A DNA stretch of 64,000 nucleotides from Clostridia bacterium (GTDB taxonomy: Bacteria > Bacillota > Clostridia > Christensenellales > UBA1242): the NCBI GenBank assembly GCA_045635805.1, contig JAZTWI010000002.1, forward strand, positions 9,693-73,692. Reading direction: 5' to 3'. A program made the position numbers and the translations under genes. Shown here piece after piece: positions 50,164 through 60,648 of the stretch (positions within the stretch are counted from its first letter, which is position 1; each line of letters starts with the position of its first letter). The notes beneath the pieces are model-generated. The model saw only the letters and a list, made by a program, of their open reading frames with translations, made no database searches and was not told the DNA's origin.

Positions 50164-52650
50164 TTGGAAAATAAAGAAACAAACAAACAGAGTTCTTCAA
50201 ACTTCGAGAACTTAAAGAAACTAAGTTTAATCCTTAGTGGAACAGAACTAAATTCAATGGTATCTAGTATATCTAAGTCAAAATCGGCTTTAGATACTTT
50301 TTGCAAGGCTCTAAAAGCACACGAACAGGTATTAATTAGAGAAGCAAATGCACCTAAGGCTGCTCCTGCACCAAAAGCACCAGAAGTTGAGCCAGTTGTA
50401 GAGAAGATTGCTCCTGTAGTAGTTGAGAAAAAACCTGTAGCACCTGAGAAAACATTTGTTAAGGTTAATGCTCAGCCTAGACCTAATCAACCATTTAATA
50501 AGGTACCTAGAGACGGTGCGAGACCTGAAGGTGCTAGATTTAATAGAGATGGTGCTAGACCAGATGGTAGACCAAATAGGGATGCAAGACCACAGGTAGG
50601 TAAAGATGGTAAGCCATTTGAAAAGAAACCATTTGTGCCTAGAGATAATAATGGATTTAAACCAAAGGCTGTTTCTAAACCAGAGATACTAGAGCCAATT
50701 GCTGTAAAACAAGAGAGAAATTTTGGTAATAAGAATAAAACTAAGACTTTTGATACAGAGAAGAAAGAACTTAGCAAAAAGACCAAGATGAAGATGGGCT
50801 ACATTGACATAGAAGAGAACTACGACTATGATGGTGAAGCTAGAATGGGCAGGGTTAGAACTAAGGCTAAGAAGGCTAAAGTTGTAGCAATGCCAGAGAA
50901 AATTGTTATTGATAAGGCTGTTATTGATACAGAGAACCTAACAATTAAGATTTTATCTGAGAAGATTGGTAAACCAGCTGTAGACATCATTAAGAAATTT
51001 ATGATGCTAGGTATGATGCCTAATATCAATAGTGTAATTGATTATGAGACTGCAGAACTAGTTGCACAAGAATTTGGAGTAACTCTTGAACACAAGGTTT
51101 CTAAGAATATGGAAGAGAAACTACAAGAAATGTTTGAGAATCAATCTGCTAATACAGAAGTTAGGTCTCCTGTTGTTACTGTTATGGGACACGTTGACCA
51201 CGGTAAAACTTCACTTCTTGATGCTATTAGAAAAACTAATGTTATCGAAGGTGAAGCCGGTGGTATTACACAGCATATTGGTGCTTATACTGTAGATGTT
51301 AATGGTAGTATGATTACATTTATCGATACTCCAGGACACGAAGCATTTACTGCTATTAGAGCAAGGGGTGCTAAACTTACAGATATTGCTATCCTAGTTG
51401 TTGCTGCAGATGACGGTGTTATGCCACAGACTATTGAAGCTATTAATCATATAAAGGACGCTGGAGTTCCTATGATTGTTGCTGTTAATAAGATTGATAA
51501 GCCAGATGCAAATCTTGATAGAATTAAGCAACAATTAACAGAGTACAATGTTGTTCCAGAAGAATGGGGTGGAGATGTTATCTTCGTTCCTATTGCTGCT
51601 AAGTTTAATACTAACATTGATAAATTATTAGAAGCAGTATTACTTGTTGCTGAAATGCAAGAATTAAGATGTGATAGTAATCAAGACGCTAGTGGTACAG
51701 TTATCGAGAGTAAGGTTGATAAAGGTAGAGGTATTGTTGCTACTATTCTTATCAAAAATGGTACTCTTAAAATTGGTGACTTTATCGTTAGTGGTGTATC
51801 ATCAGGTAGAATTAGAGCGATGATGGATTACAAGGGAAATGCTGTTGTAAAAGCAGGTCCTAGTATGCCTGTATCAGTTCTAGGCTTTAACTCAGTACCA
51901 GAAGCTGGTGATATGGCTTATGTTGTTGATGAGAAGATGGCTAAGGCTATTGTAGAAGAGAGAATGAGCAGACTACAGATGGAGAAGATTGAACAAGGTA
52001 CAGGTGTATCTCTTGAAGACTTCTTACAACAATCTGCTGATAGTGAAATGAAAGTACTTAAGCTTATTATCAAGGCTGACGTTAAAGGTTCTTGTGAAGC
52101 AGTGAAAGCAACACTTGAGAAAATTCATAACGAAGAAGCAAAAGTACAAGTTATCCACTCAGGCGTTGGTGGTATCAATGAGAGTGACGTTATACTTGCT
52201 GCTGCTAGTAAGGCTGTACTTATCGGATTTAACGTTAAACCAGAAGCTAAGGCTAAACAATTGGCAGAGAGAAATAAGGTTGAGATTGACCTATACAAAG
52301 TTATCTATAATGCTGTTGATGATATTACTGCAAAAATCAATGGTATGATGGCACCTAAGTACGAAGAAGTTGTTGATGGTAGAATAGAAGTTAGACAAAT
52401 CTTCAAGATTAGTAGTATCGGTAATATTGCTGGTAGTTATGTGCTAGATGGTTGCGTAAATAGAGATAGTAAGATTAGAGTAATGAGAAATGGTGAAATG
52501 ATTGCCGAGACAGCAATTGACACCTTACAACAACAAAAAGACCAGGCTAAGACAGTTAAGGCTGGATATGAGTGTGGTATTAAGTTAAAAGGCTTTAATG
52601 ATATTGAAGTAGGAGATATTCTTGAAGCATATAGCCTAAAACAAATCTAG
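50164..52650 (+). CDS. infB: Translation initiation factor IF-2
   Basis: [30 protein letters not shown]; TTG start after GAGG. Confidence 0.98.
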   Translation: MENKETNKQSSSNFENLKKLSLILSGTELNSMVSSISKSKSALDTFCKALKAHEQVLIREANAPKAAPAPKAPEVEPVVEKIAPVVVEKKPVAPEKTFVKVNAQPRPNQPFNKVPRDGARPEGARFNRDGARPDGRPNRDARPQVGKDGKPFEKKPFVPRDNNGFKPKAVSKPEILEPIAVKQERNFGNKNKTKTFDTEKKELSKKTKMKMGYIDIEENYDYDGEARMGRVRTKAKKAKVVAMPEKIVIDKAVIDTENLTIKILSEKIGKPAVDIIKKFMMLGMMPNINSVIDYETAELVAQEFGVTLEHKVSKNMEEKLQEMFENQSANTEVRSPVVTVMGHVDHGKTSLLDAIRKTNVIEGEAGGITQHIGAYTVDVNGSMITFIDTPGHEAFTAIRARGAKLTDIAILVVAADDGVMPQTIEAINHIKDAGVPMIVAVNKIDKPDANLDRIKQQLTEYNVVPEEWGGDVIFVPIAAKFNTNIDKLLEAVLLVAEMQELRCDSNQDASGTVIESKVDKGRGIVATILIKNGTLKIGDFIVSGVSSGRIRAMMDYKGNAVVKAGPSMPVSVLGFNSVPEAGDMAYVVDEKMAKAIVEERMSRLQMEKIEQGTGVSLEDFLQQSADSEMKVLKLIIKADVKGSCEAVKATLEKIHNEEAKVQVIHSGVGGINESDVILAAASKAVLIGFNVKPEAKAKQLAERNKVEIDLYKVIYNAVDDITAKINGMMAPKYEEVVDGRIEVRQIFKISSIGNIAGSYVLDGCVNRDSKIRVMRNGEMIAETAIDTLQQQKDQAKTVKAGYECGIKLKGFNDIEVGDILEAYSLKQI

Positions 52651-52659
52651 AGGTGAATT

Positions 52660-53004
52660 ATGAGCGAAAGAATTTTAAGAGTAAATAGTGAGATTCAGAA
52701 GGCAATTAGCAATATTCTTACTTATGAGATGAAGAATCCTTTAATTAAAGGCTTGATTTCAGTTACTAAAGTTGACACTACTAATGACCTAGACCAATGC
52801 AAAGTATATATTTCTATCTTTGATGAGAGTACTAGAGAAGAAGTATTTAACCAAATCAAACATTCTGCAGGTTTTATTAGAAGAGAACTTGCTAGGGCAG
52901 TTGATTTAAGAAAAGTTCCATTTCTTACATTCTATCTAGACACTAGTTATGACTATGGTCAGAGAATTGAAGAAACTTTAAATAAAATCAATAGTGAAAA
53001 TTAA
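52660..53004 (+). CDS. rbfA: Ribosome-binding factor A
   Basis: SVTKVDTTNDL, AGFIR, LRKVP.L.F..D.S. Confidence 0.96.
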   Translation: MSERILRVNSEIQKAISNILTYEMKNPLIKGLISVTKVDTTNDLDQCKVYISIFDESTREEVFNQIKHSAGFIRRELARAVDLRKVPFLTFYLDTSYDYGQRIEETLNKINSEN

Positions 53005-53107
53005 TTGATATAAAGATACTATTTTATAGTATCTTTTTTTGATTTATATTTTGAATATTTTTCAAATATTGATATAATCTATTTAGATATAAATAAAAGG
53101 TAAAGAA

Positions 53108-53965
53108 ATGTTAGGTTTTTTAAATATAAATAAGCCTTCTGGTATGACTAGCAACGCTGTTGTGCAGAAGGTAAAGAAGAAATTTAAAATTAAGAAAATA
53201 GGACACTTTGGCACTCTAGACCCAATGGCATCGGGTGTATTGCCACTTGCTATTGGTAAGGCAACTAGACTATTTGATTACTCGCTAGAGAAAAAGAAAG
53301 CGTATTCTGTTGTTTACGAATTTGGATATTTAACAGATACTCTGGATAGTACAGGCACAATTATTGAAGAAGGTGGAGTAATTCCGACCCTTGATAGTAT
53401 TATGTCTATTTTACCACAAATGCTAGGTAAACAAGACCAGATACCACCTATGTATAGTGCTAAAAATGTAAATGGTAGAAGGGCGTATGATTTAGCTAGA
53501 GAAGGTATAGAATTTGAATTAAAACCAAAAGAAATAATAATACATAAACTTGACTTTGTAGAACAACTGTCTGTGACTAAGTTTAGATTTAATGTAGTAT
53601 GCTCGTCTGGTACTTATATCAGAGCGATAGGTAGGGATTTGGGTGCAAAATTAGGAACACTTGCTACAATGACTGAGCTTACTAGAACTATGGCAGGAGA
53701 TTTCAATATGACTAATGCTACTAGTCTAGATGATTGCTTAGCCTTAGATTCAATAGACTCGGTACTGCTAGAACCAACTAAAGTCTTTACAGCGCTTGAC
53801 ACACTTGAAATAGGTAGAGAAATCTACTCAAAACTAAAAAATGGCATTAAGGTTGATTATTCACCTATAACAAAAGATAGTTTTGTTATTTGTGATAATA
53901 AGATAGTTGGAATTGCCAAGAAAAACGATAAAATATTAAAACTAGATACTTATCTAGATGATTAG
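53108..53965 (+). CDS. truB: tRNA pseudouridine-55 synthase
   Basis: KPSGMTS, GHFGTLDPMASGVL, PPMYSA, SGTYIR. Confidence 0.97.
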   Translation: MLGFLNINKPSGMTSNAVVQKVKKKFKIKKIGHFGTLDPMASGVLPLAIGKATRLFDYSLEKKKAYSVVYEFGYLTDTLDSTGTIIEEGGVIPTLDSIMSILPQMLGKQDQIPPMYSAKNVNGRRAYDLAREGIEFELKPKEIIIHKLDFVEQLSVTKFRFNVVCSSGTYIRAIGRDLGAKLGTLATMTELTRTMAGDFNMTNATSLDDCLALDSIDSVLLEPTKVFTALDTLEIGREIYSKLKNGIKVDYSPITKDSFVICDNKIVGIAKKNDKILKLDTYLDD

Positions 53966-53973
53966 GAGAAAAT

Positions 53974-54819
53974 ATGGTTACTTTTGGACCGGCTGGTAAT
54001 TGTAAGACATTTTATGATGAAGGCTATAAGAGAACACTTGAAGCTGCTAAATGGTTAAAAGAAAAGGGGCTAGATGCCTATGAATATTCGTTTGGTAAGG
54101 GTTTTACCTTGCCAGATGATACTGCTGTGGCTATAGGCGAAGAGATGAAGAAATACGGCATTGATATTTCTGTTCACGCTCCGTATTATATTAATTTTGC
54201 TACGCCAACCGATGAGATGGCTGAGAAAAGTTATAATTACGTATTAGAGAGCCTAAGAAAATTAAAATTACTAGGTGGTAATAGACTAGTAGTTCATCCT
54301 GCGTCTCAAGGTAAAATGACTAGAGTTGAAGCAGTTGAACTATGTAAAAAGAGACTTAGAGTTTTAAAAGATAAAATCATTGAAAATGGTTATGGTGACT
54401 GCTATATTTGTTTAGAGACTATGGGAAAGTCGGCTCAAATAGGCACATACGAAGAAATACTTGATTTCTGTACTATCTATGATAAGTACATACCAACATT
54501 TGATTTTGGTCATATTAATGCCCTTACTCAAGGAACACTAAAGACTAGAGCAGATTATAGAAAAATATTAGATAGAAGTATAGAAGTTATAGGAAGAGAT
54601 AGAACTAATATCGCTCACGTGCACTTTAGTAAAATAGAATATGGCGCAAAGGGTGAGATTAAACATTTAACTCTAGAAGATACAATCTATGGTCCAGAAT
54701 TTAAACCACTTGCAGAACTTTTCAAAGAATACGACTTAAATTGCAGAGTTATCTGTGAGTCAAAAGAGTATATGGCTAGAGACGCAATTGAACTCAAGCA
54801 AATATATATGAGTTTATAA
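53974..54819 (+). CDS. Endonuclease IV-like TIM-barrel AP endonuclease
   Basis: FGPAG, SVHAPYYIN, VVHP, ETMGK..Q.GT, DFGH, HVHFS.IEY...GE..H, ICES. Confidence 0.85.
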   Translation: MVTFGPAGNCKTFYDEGYKRTLEAAKWLKEKGLDAYEYSFGKGFTLPDDTAVAIGEEMKKYGIDISVHAPYYINFATPTDEMAEKSYNYVLESLRKLKLLGGNRLVVHPASQGKMTRVEAVELCKKRLRVLKDKIIENGYGDCYICLETMGKSAQIGTYEEILDFCTIYDKYIPTFDFGHINALTQGTLKTRADYRKILDRSIEVIGRDRTNIAHVHFSKIEYGAKGEIKHLTLEDTIYGPEFKPLAELFKEYDLNCRVICESKEYMARDAIELKQIYMSL

Positions 54820-54944
54820 TAAATTTGATTAAAATATAAAACTTTGTTGAAATTTATAAGATGTAAGAAATAATACTTACATCTTTTTTTGTATTTAATA
54901 TATTCGCAATTTTTAAGTAGTATATTGGTCAAAAGGGGGCTAAT

Positions 54945-55859
54945 ATGCTTGAACAATATCTATCTTATGACTTATCTAAAGCGCTTGATAATATTCCATA
55001 TAATAATCTCTGTGAATTGAGACTCAGAGAAAATAACCCTGTTGTAATTAATGTTTTAGGTGAAAATTATTATTTGTCCAGAAATCATTTTCATAAGTCT
55101 CCTGATAGTGCTATGGTTGTGTCAAAGGGTTTTCTTCAGTCAGTTATACAGAAAATAAGCAATAATTCCTTGTATACGATTAATGATGACTTGATAGATG
55201 GTTATGTCACTATTTCTGGTGGTATTAGAGTTGGTGTTTGTGGTGAAGTTGTGTCAGTAGATGGTAAGGTAAAAACCATAAAGAATATATCTTCTCTTAA
55301 TTTTAGATTTCCACATAATATAAAAAATTGCAGTTTGCCTATCTATAACTACATCGTAAATAATGGCAAGATTAATAACACTCTTATAATCGCTCCACCA
55401 GGCGCTGGTAAGACAACAATGCTTAGAGACTTAATATACCAATTATCAAGCAGAGAAAATTTACTAAATATACTAGTTGTAGATGAAAGAAAAGAACTAT
55501 GTGAAATTTTTAATGGTAGAGATATACATAGGCTTAAAAATATTGATGTTATATCTAATTCATCGAAAAAGTATGCCTTCAATAATGGTATTAGGAGTAT
55601 GAAACCATCTCTTATAATAACAGACGAATTAGACCTATATAGAGATATTGAAGATATTAAAAATGCTATCACTAGTGGTGTAAACATAATTGCTACTATT
55701 CATGCTAGTTCCGTCTTTGACCTTAAAAACAAAGCACAGTTTGCAGACATTCTCTATAAGGGGTTGTTTGATAGATATATAGTCCTATCTAATAGTAACG
55801 GTATTGGTACAATTGAAGGAATATATGATGAAAAACTATTCTGTATAGGTTATCTATGA
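54945..55859 (+). CDS. spoIIIAA: Stage III sporulation protein AA (ATPase)
   Basis: ELRLR, GYVTISGGIRVG.CG, ISSLNFR, PPGAGKTTMLRD, DER.E, RSMKP, TIHA. Confidence 0.93.
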   Translation: MLEQYLSYDLSKALDNIPYNNLCELRLRENNPVVINVLGENYYLSRNHFHKSPDSAMVVSKGFLQSVIQKISNNSLYTINDDLIDGYVTISGGIRVGVCGEVVSVDGKVKTIKNISSLNFRFPHNIKNCSLPIYNYIVNNGKINNTLIIAPPGAGKTTMLRDLIYQLSSRENLLNILVVDERKELCEIFNGRDIHRLKNIDVISNSSKKYAFNNGIRSMKPSLIITDELDLYRDIEDIKNAITSGVNIIATIHASSVFDLKNKAQFADILYKGLFDRYIVLSNSNGIGTIEGIYDEKLFCIGYL

Positions 55860-56305
55860 AAATATATTTAATAATTATTTTGTTTTGTTTTTTTGTGTTA
55901 TGTGCTGCCATAGTTTATTTATTCTATCTTATACGATATAGGTTGTATAAGGACTTATGTTTTATCTGTGGGAAACTATGTGTAAATATTAATTTTAATA
56001 AAAAAACAATTGATGAGATTTTAAATGGACTATATATAAAACTAAGTTTTTTGACTAAATGTTTTATTTTAGATAACGAAATATATAGTAAGGTACTTTC
56101 AAAAGACAGAGTGAAATTTATCAAAGATTTTTTTAATAGCCTTGGTTGTGGAGATGTAGACTTTGAATTATCTAATATTTCTTATTATGAAAAGGAATTT
56201 ATTAGTCTTACAAGTGAAGCAAAAGAAGACTTGCAAAAGAAAGGTAGTATGTATTTAAAACTGATTATAGGGTTTGGTCTTATAATTTGCATTATTCTTA
56301 TTTAG
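55856..56305 (+). CDS. spoIIIAB: Stage III sporulation protein AB
   Basis: N- and C-terminal TM helices, FFNSLG..D; operon position. Confidence 0.8.
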   Translation: MKIYLIIILFCFFVLCAAIVYLFYLIRYRLYKDLCFICGKLCVNINFNKKTIDEILNGLYIKLSFLTKCFILDNEIYSKVLSKDRVKFIKDFFNSLGCGDVDFELSNISYYEKEFISLTSEAKEDLQKKGSMYLKLIIGFGLIICIILI

Positions 56306-56314
56306 GAGATATGT

Positions 56315-56512
56315 ATGGATGTTGATGTGATTTTTAAGATTGCAGCAATAGGTATTTTAACGGCGATAATAAATCAAGTTCTTAAAATGGCAGGTAAGGA
56401 AGAAATTGCAACTATTGTTACCCTAACCGGTGTAGTTATAGTTCTCTTTTCGGTAGTTAATATGATAAGTGATTTATTTACTACAGTTAGAACTCTTTTC
56501 TCTATATATTAG
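56315..56512 (+). CDS. spoIIIAC: Stage III sporulation protein AC
   Basis: MDVDVIFKIAAIGILTAIINQVLK.AGKEE. Confidence 0.95.
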   Translation: MDVDVIFKIAAIGILTAIINQVLKMAGKEEIATIVTLTGVVIVLFSVVNMISDLFTTVRTLFSIY

Positions 56513-56520
56513 GTGTGAGT

Positions 56521-56904
56521 ATGGATTTAATTAAGGTAGTGATATTAGGTGTTGTTATATCTCTTTTAGCTGTATTTATAAAGTCTATCAAGCCTGAATT
56601 TTCTATATTTATTATTATGTTTGGTAGTATTCTTTTAATAATTTATATAGTGAATTCTCTAACAGATGTATTTTCATTTTTTAACCACGTTGTAGATAAG
56701 ACTGGTATTGATAAGGAATTATTTTTAGTATTACTCAAGATAATCGGTGTGGGATATATTGTAGAGTTTGCTGCAGGGATTTGTGCTGACAGTGGTAATA
56801 TATCTATTGCAAACAAGGTAAGTATTGCTGGTAAAATTTTAATTTTTTTATTAAGTATGCCGATAATTAAAAATCTATTTAATATGGTATTGAGTTTATT
56901 ATGA
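56521..56904 (+). CDS. spoIIIAD: Stage III sporulation protein AD
   Basis: KPEFS, LLKIIGVGYIVEF...C.DSG..SIA.KV..AGK. Confidence 0.93.
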   Translation: MDLIKVVILGVVISLLAVFIKSIKPEFSIFIIMFGSILLIIYIVNSLTDVFSFFNHVVDKTGIDKELFLVLLKIIGVGYIVEFAAGICADSGNISIANKVSIAGKILIFLLSMPIIKNLFNMVLSLL

Positions 56905-58109
56905 AAATATATAGATTTAATGGTACTATGCAAAAAAATAGAAAAACACTGATTTTACTTGTATTTATCTGTATTGTGTTTACTATGCAATTATTCAGTG
57001 GAAACTATATAGTAAGCGCTGAGACAAGTGAGTCTTCAAGTTCTATTAATGCTAGTGTCAGTGATATTGTATCTGCACTAGATTTGTCTGGTCTTGATGA
57101 GATTATCTCTGGGCTAGATAGTCAAGAGTTATTCGGTATGTCGGCTAGAGAAAAGGTTGAACTAATACTGTCTGGAGAATACTTTACAGATTATTCTAGT
57201 TTAGCATCTGCTATCTTTTCTCTATTATTTGTTCAACTAAAATCTTTCTTACCCATTATATTTACAATACTTGCTATTGGGATTTTAAGTTTACTACTTT
57301 CTTCTCTAAAAGAGACGTCTAATGAGACGAGTGATATGGTCTATTATGTATGTAGTGCTATCATTACTATTTTAATTCTAGTATCGTTTAAAAATATTTT
57401 AAGCGATATAAAAAAAGTTATTGATACGATATCTAAGTTAATGCAGATAGTTTTTCCAATTCTCATTTCTCTGCTTGTTTCAATAGGTTCTTTAACATCG
57501 GTTTCTATATACAATCCACTAGTTGCAGTGCTGACCACGATTGTTGATATAGTTTTTGATAAGTTTTTATATCCTATCTTTATATTAATTTTTTTATTCA
57601 CGGTACTTGGTAGCTTAACTACTACGATAAAGTTAGATAAACTAAATAATTTTTTGTCTTCTAGTTTTAAGTGGATTGTAGGGATAATATTTACACTCTT
57701 TAGTGGTTTTTTATCTTTGCAGGGTATATCGGCTGGTAGGTTTGATTCTATTAGTATCAAAGCCACTAAATTTGCAGTTAAAAGCTATATTCCTATCATT
57801 GGTTCATATATGGCAGAAGGTATGGACTTTGTTGTACTTGGTTCTGTTTTAGTTAAAAATACGGTAGGGCTTGTTGCTGTTTTGATTTTATTTTCTATAG
57901 TGCTAATGCCTGTTATTAAACTTATTATCTACAAACTTCTTTTGCAGTTTTCTTCTGGTGTTTTAGAGTTGGTTGGCTCAAACAATATGTCTGCCTTTAT
58001 TTATAAGACTAGTAAAGTACTTATTTTACCTATTGTTATTGTGCTCAGTATTGCTCTTATGTTTATTATGACTATCGCACTTATTATGTGTACGGCAAAT
58101 ATATTCTAG
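56901..58109 (+). CDS. spoIIIAE: Stage III sporulation protein AE
   Basis: Multi-TM; KFAVKSYIPIIG, LVKNTVG. Confidence 0.92.
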   Translation: MKIYRFNGTMQKNRKTLILLVFICIVFTMQLFSGNYIVSAETSESSSSINASVSDIVSALDLSGLDEIISGLDSQELFGMSAREKVELILSGEYFTDYSSLASAIFSLLFVQLKSFLPIIFTILAIGILSLLLSSLKETSNETSDMVYYVCSAIITILILVSFKNILSDIKKVIDTISKLMQIVFPILISLLVSIGSLTSVSIYNPLVAVLTTIVDIVFDKFLYPIFILIFLFTVLGSLTTTIKLDKLNNFLSSSFKWIVGIIFTLFSGFLSLQGISAGRFDSISIKATKFAVKSYIPIIGSYMAEGMDFVVLGSVLVKNTVGLVAVLILFSIVLMPVIKLIIYKLLLQFSSGVLELVGSNNMSAFIYKTSKVLILPIVIVLSIALMFIMTIALIMCTANIF

Positions 58110-58119
58110 GTTTGGTATT

Positions 58120-58575
58120 ATGAAAGAGTGGTTATTTAGTATAGTTGGTGTGGTTTTTTTAGCAATACTTTTTGACTTGATTTATCCGTCTGGAAGAACT
58201 AATAAATTCTGTAAAAGTCTATTTGGTATAATTGCTGCCTTTATTATGATTTCTCCTATTATTAAATTAGAGTCGATTGATTTTAGTGAAGATTATACTG
58301 ATGACGTTCTAGTAAATAACATTAATAAATCAAAAGAAACGGTATATAAATTACAGATGGAAGATTATTTAAAAAGGAAGGGTTATGCTGGTGTTACTAT
58401 AGAGATAGCAGGAAATGTGTCAAATAATGTCTTTGAGATAGAAAATGTTTATATTGATATTACGAATATTGTTCTAACTGAAGAAATGGAGAATATAAAT
58501 ATTTATGAAGTTATTGTTAATGAAATATCAAATGAATATGAGATAGATAGCAAAAGGATTTTTGTTTATGGTTAG
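58120..58575 (+). CDS. spoIIIAF: Stage III sporulation protein AF
   Basis: MKEW...IV.....DLIYPSG...KF...G......ISPI; operon position. Confidence 0.85.
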   Translation: MKEWLFSIVGVVFLAILFDLIYPSGRTNKFCKSLFGIIAAFIMISPIIKLESIDFSEDYTDDVLVNNINKSKETVYKLQMEDYLKRKGYAGVTIEIAGNVSNNVFEIENVYIDITNIVLTEEMENINIYEVIVNEISNEYEIDSKRIFVYG

Positions 58576-59170
58576 TAATCTAATTACATCTAAAGAAGTT
58601 TCATTAGAAGACAAAGATAATTCTTTAAGGCAAAAAGAAGATAGAAAGTTTAAATTACTATCACTCTTTACTAAGAAACATATTAAATTACTTGTTGTTC
58701 TGGTTGTGATGTTGGTTGCTATTATTCTATACATAGGTATTAATGATAACGATAAGGTGGTTGTTAGTAGCAGTGCTACTGATGATGGATATCTATCAAC
58801 ACTTGAGTATTGCGAAAGACTAGAAGAAAAACTAGAAGGAATAATATCACAAATAGATGGTGCTGGTAATGTAAAGGTTATGGTGTCGGTCAGTGGTAGT
58901 CCAGAAATTATTTATGTTAGCGATACCGATAATAAGACTAGCACTACCACCAATGGCTCAACAACCACGACTACTAGTTCTCCGATAATAATAGGTAGTG
59001 GTACCAATTCTTCTGGAATAATAAAGACTGAAACACTACCTGATGTAAAGGGGGTGATAGTTGTTTCTTCTGGGGCAAACAAGGTTGGTATCAAACTAGA
59101 TATTCTAAAGGCCGTTGCTACTTTGCTAGATATTTCTACCGAAAAAATAACAATTTTAAAAGGAGTATAA
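58568..59170 (+). CDS. spoIIIAG: Stage III sporulation protein AG
   Basis: TM helix, LEEKL..IISQIDGAGNVKVMV, P.VKGVIVV..GA. Confidence 0.92.
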   Translation: MVSNLITSKEVSLEDKDNSLRQKEDRKFKLLSLFTKKHIKLLVVLVVMLVAIILYIGINDNDKVVVSSSATDDGYLSTLEYCERLEEKLEGIISQIDGAGNVKVMVSVSGSPEIIYVSDTDNKTSTTTNGSTTTTTSSPIIIGSGTNSSGIIKTETLPDVKGVIVVSSGANKVGIKLDILKAVATLLDISTEKITILKGV

Positions 59171-59174
59171 AGTT

Positions 59175-59696
59175 ATGAAGGTTAAAGAAAAGAAAGAAAA
59201 AAAAGTAAGAGTAAGAAAGAAATTATCATCAAAGGCTAAAAAGGTAATTATACTTGGTTGTTTCTGTGCAGCACTACTACTCACAGGTGTTGTTAATATT
59301 TACCTTAATAATAATGTTGCAGAAGAAGCAAATGCTAATATTGAATCTACAGCTAATTTCTTCACAAATTATAGAGATGATAGGGTAAATACTAGAAACC
59401 AAGAAATCCTATATTTAGATGCTATCATTGCTAGTGAAACTACTAGTGCAGAAGCAAAAGAATTAGCAGAAAAAGAAAGGCTAGAACTAGTTACTACCAT
59501 GGATATGGTTATGACTATCGAAAATTTACTCGTTGCTAAGGGTTTTACAGATGCTGTAGTTTCTACTTCTTCTGGCAATATTAGTGTAATTGTAGAAACT
59601 AGTGGTCTTACTAGTAACGAAGTAGCGCAGATTGTTGATGTTGTTGTAAATAACAGCAGTTATTCAATTGATAATATCAAGATTATTGAAGTTTAA
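59175..59696 (+). CDS. spoIIIAH: Stage III sporulation protein AH
   Basis: TM helix, FF...R.DR...R, E.LL.AKGF.DAVV, VAQI.D.V. Confidence 0.9.
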   Translation: MKVKEKKEKKVRVRKKLSSKAKKVIILGCFCAALLLTGVVNIYLNNNVAEEANANIESTANFFTNYRDDRVNTRNQEILYLDAIIASETTSAEAKELAEKERLELVTTMDMVMTIENLLVAKGFTDAVVSTSSGNISVIVETSGLTSNEVAQIVDVVVNNSSYSIDNIKIIEV

Positions 59697-59832
59697 TTAC
59701 GGAAATTATTTGTAAAATTATAGGTATATTATATTTTTTCTAATTGCAAAATTTACTTTGTTGTGTTATATTATTTATGTATAAGCAGTATTATGAGTAC
59801 AATGCTCAAATTACATGGTAAAAGGGAAATAT

Positions 59833-60210
59833 ATGATGTACGATAACAAAAATAATATTAAGAAACAAGCAAAAGGAAATGTTACTTATAGTAGTGACAT
59901 AGTTTTGTCTGTTATTAATCTAGCAACTAAAGAAATCGCTGGTGTTAGTAGTATTGTTACTAAGTTTGGTTCTATCTTAAAAAGATGGTTTAGTAATAAC
60001 TATTATGATGGTGTTAAGATTACATATAATAAAGATGCTATGTGTGTTGATGTGTATATCAATGTATGCTTTGGTTATAATGTAACAGAAGTTGCTTATA
60101 GGGTTCAAGAAAACATTAAAAATAGTTTATCTGGTATGATTGATGTTAAGATAAGTAAAATTAATGTTCATGTGCTTGGGGTTGATTTCCCAAAAGATGA
60201 ATTAGTATAA
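59833..60210 (+). CDS. Asp23/Gls24 family protein (YqhY-like)
   Basis: G.V....D.V, GVKI, FGYNV.EVA..VQE.IK, INVHV; precedes nusB. Confidence 0.9.
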   Translation: MMYDNKNNIKKQAKGNVTYSSDIVLSVINLATKEIAGVSSIVTKFGSILKRWFSNNYYDGVKITYNKDAMCVDVYINVCFGYNVTEVAYRVQENIKNSLSGMIDVKISKINVHVLGVDFPKDELV

Positions 60211-60261
60211 ATAGAATTTAACCCTTGTAGTCAAGGGTTTCTTTCTTTTAAGGAGATATGT

Positions 60262-60648
60262 ATGAGTAGGAAAAAGAGTAGAGAATATGCATTTAGATTA
60301 GTATTTGAAAAATTCTTCCATGAGCCCGAAGGTGACCTTCAATTTATGGACGAAGATTTTGTTATCGCAGATGATGATAAACCTTTTGTAAACTCATTAA
60401 TCGGTGGTGTTAATGTTCATTATGATGAGATTATGGAAATAATTAAAAACAACACTGAAGGATATAATGTTGAGAGAATTTACAAAGTTGATTTGGCAAT
60501 ACTAGTTCTTGCTGTGTATGAAATCAAATTTGATTGCAGTACTGCTACCAATATAGTAATAAATGAAGCAGTAGAACTTGCTAAAAAATATTCTACCGAT
60601 AAGAGTTACAGCTTTATTAATGGAGTACTAGCTAAGGTTATTAAATAA
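60262..60648 (+). CDS. nusB: Transcription antitermination factor NusB
   Basis: SRKKSRE.AF, VDLAIL, INEAVELAKKYS, FINGVL. Confidence 0.96.
   Translation: MSRKKSREYAFRLVFEKFFHEPEGDLQFMDEDFVIADDDKPFVNSLIGGVNVHYDEIMEIIKNNTEGYNVERIYKVDLAILVLAVYEIKFDCSTATNIVINEAVELAKKYSTDKSYSFINGVLAKVIK

Noticed and set aside
50505-50600. RDGARP-like repeats in IF-2
   Set aside because: Low-complexity repeats are normal in the variable IF-2 N-terminal region
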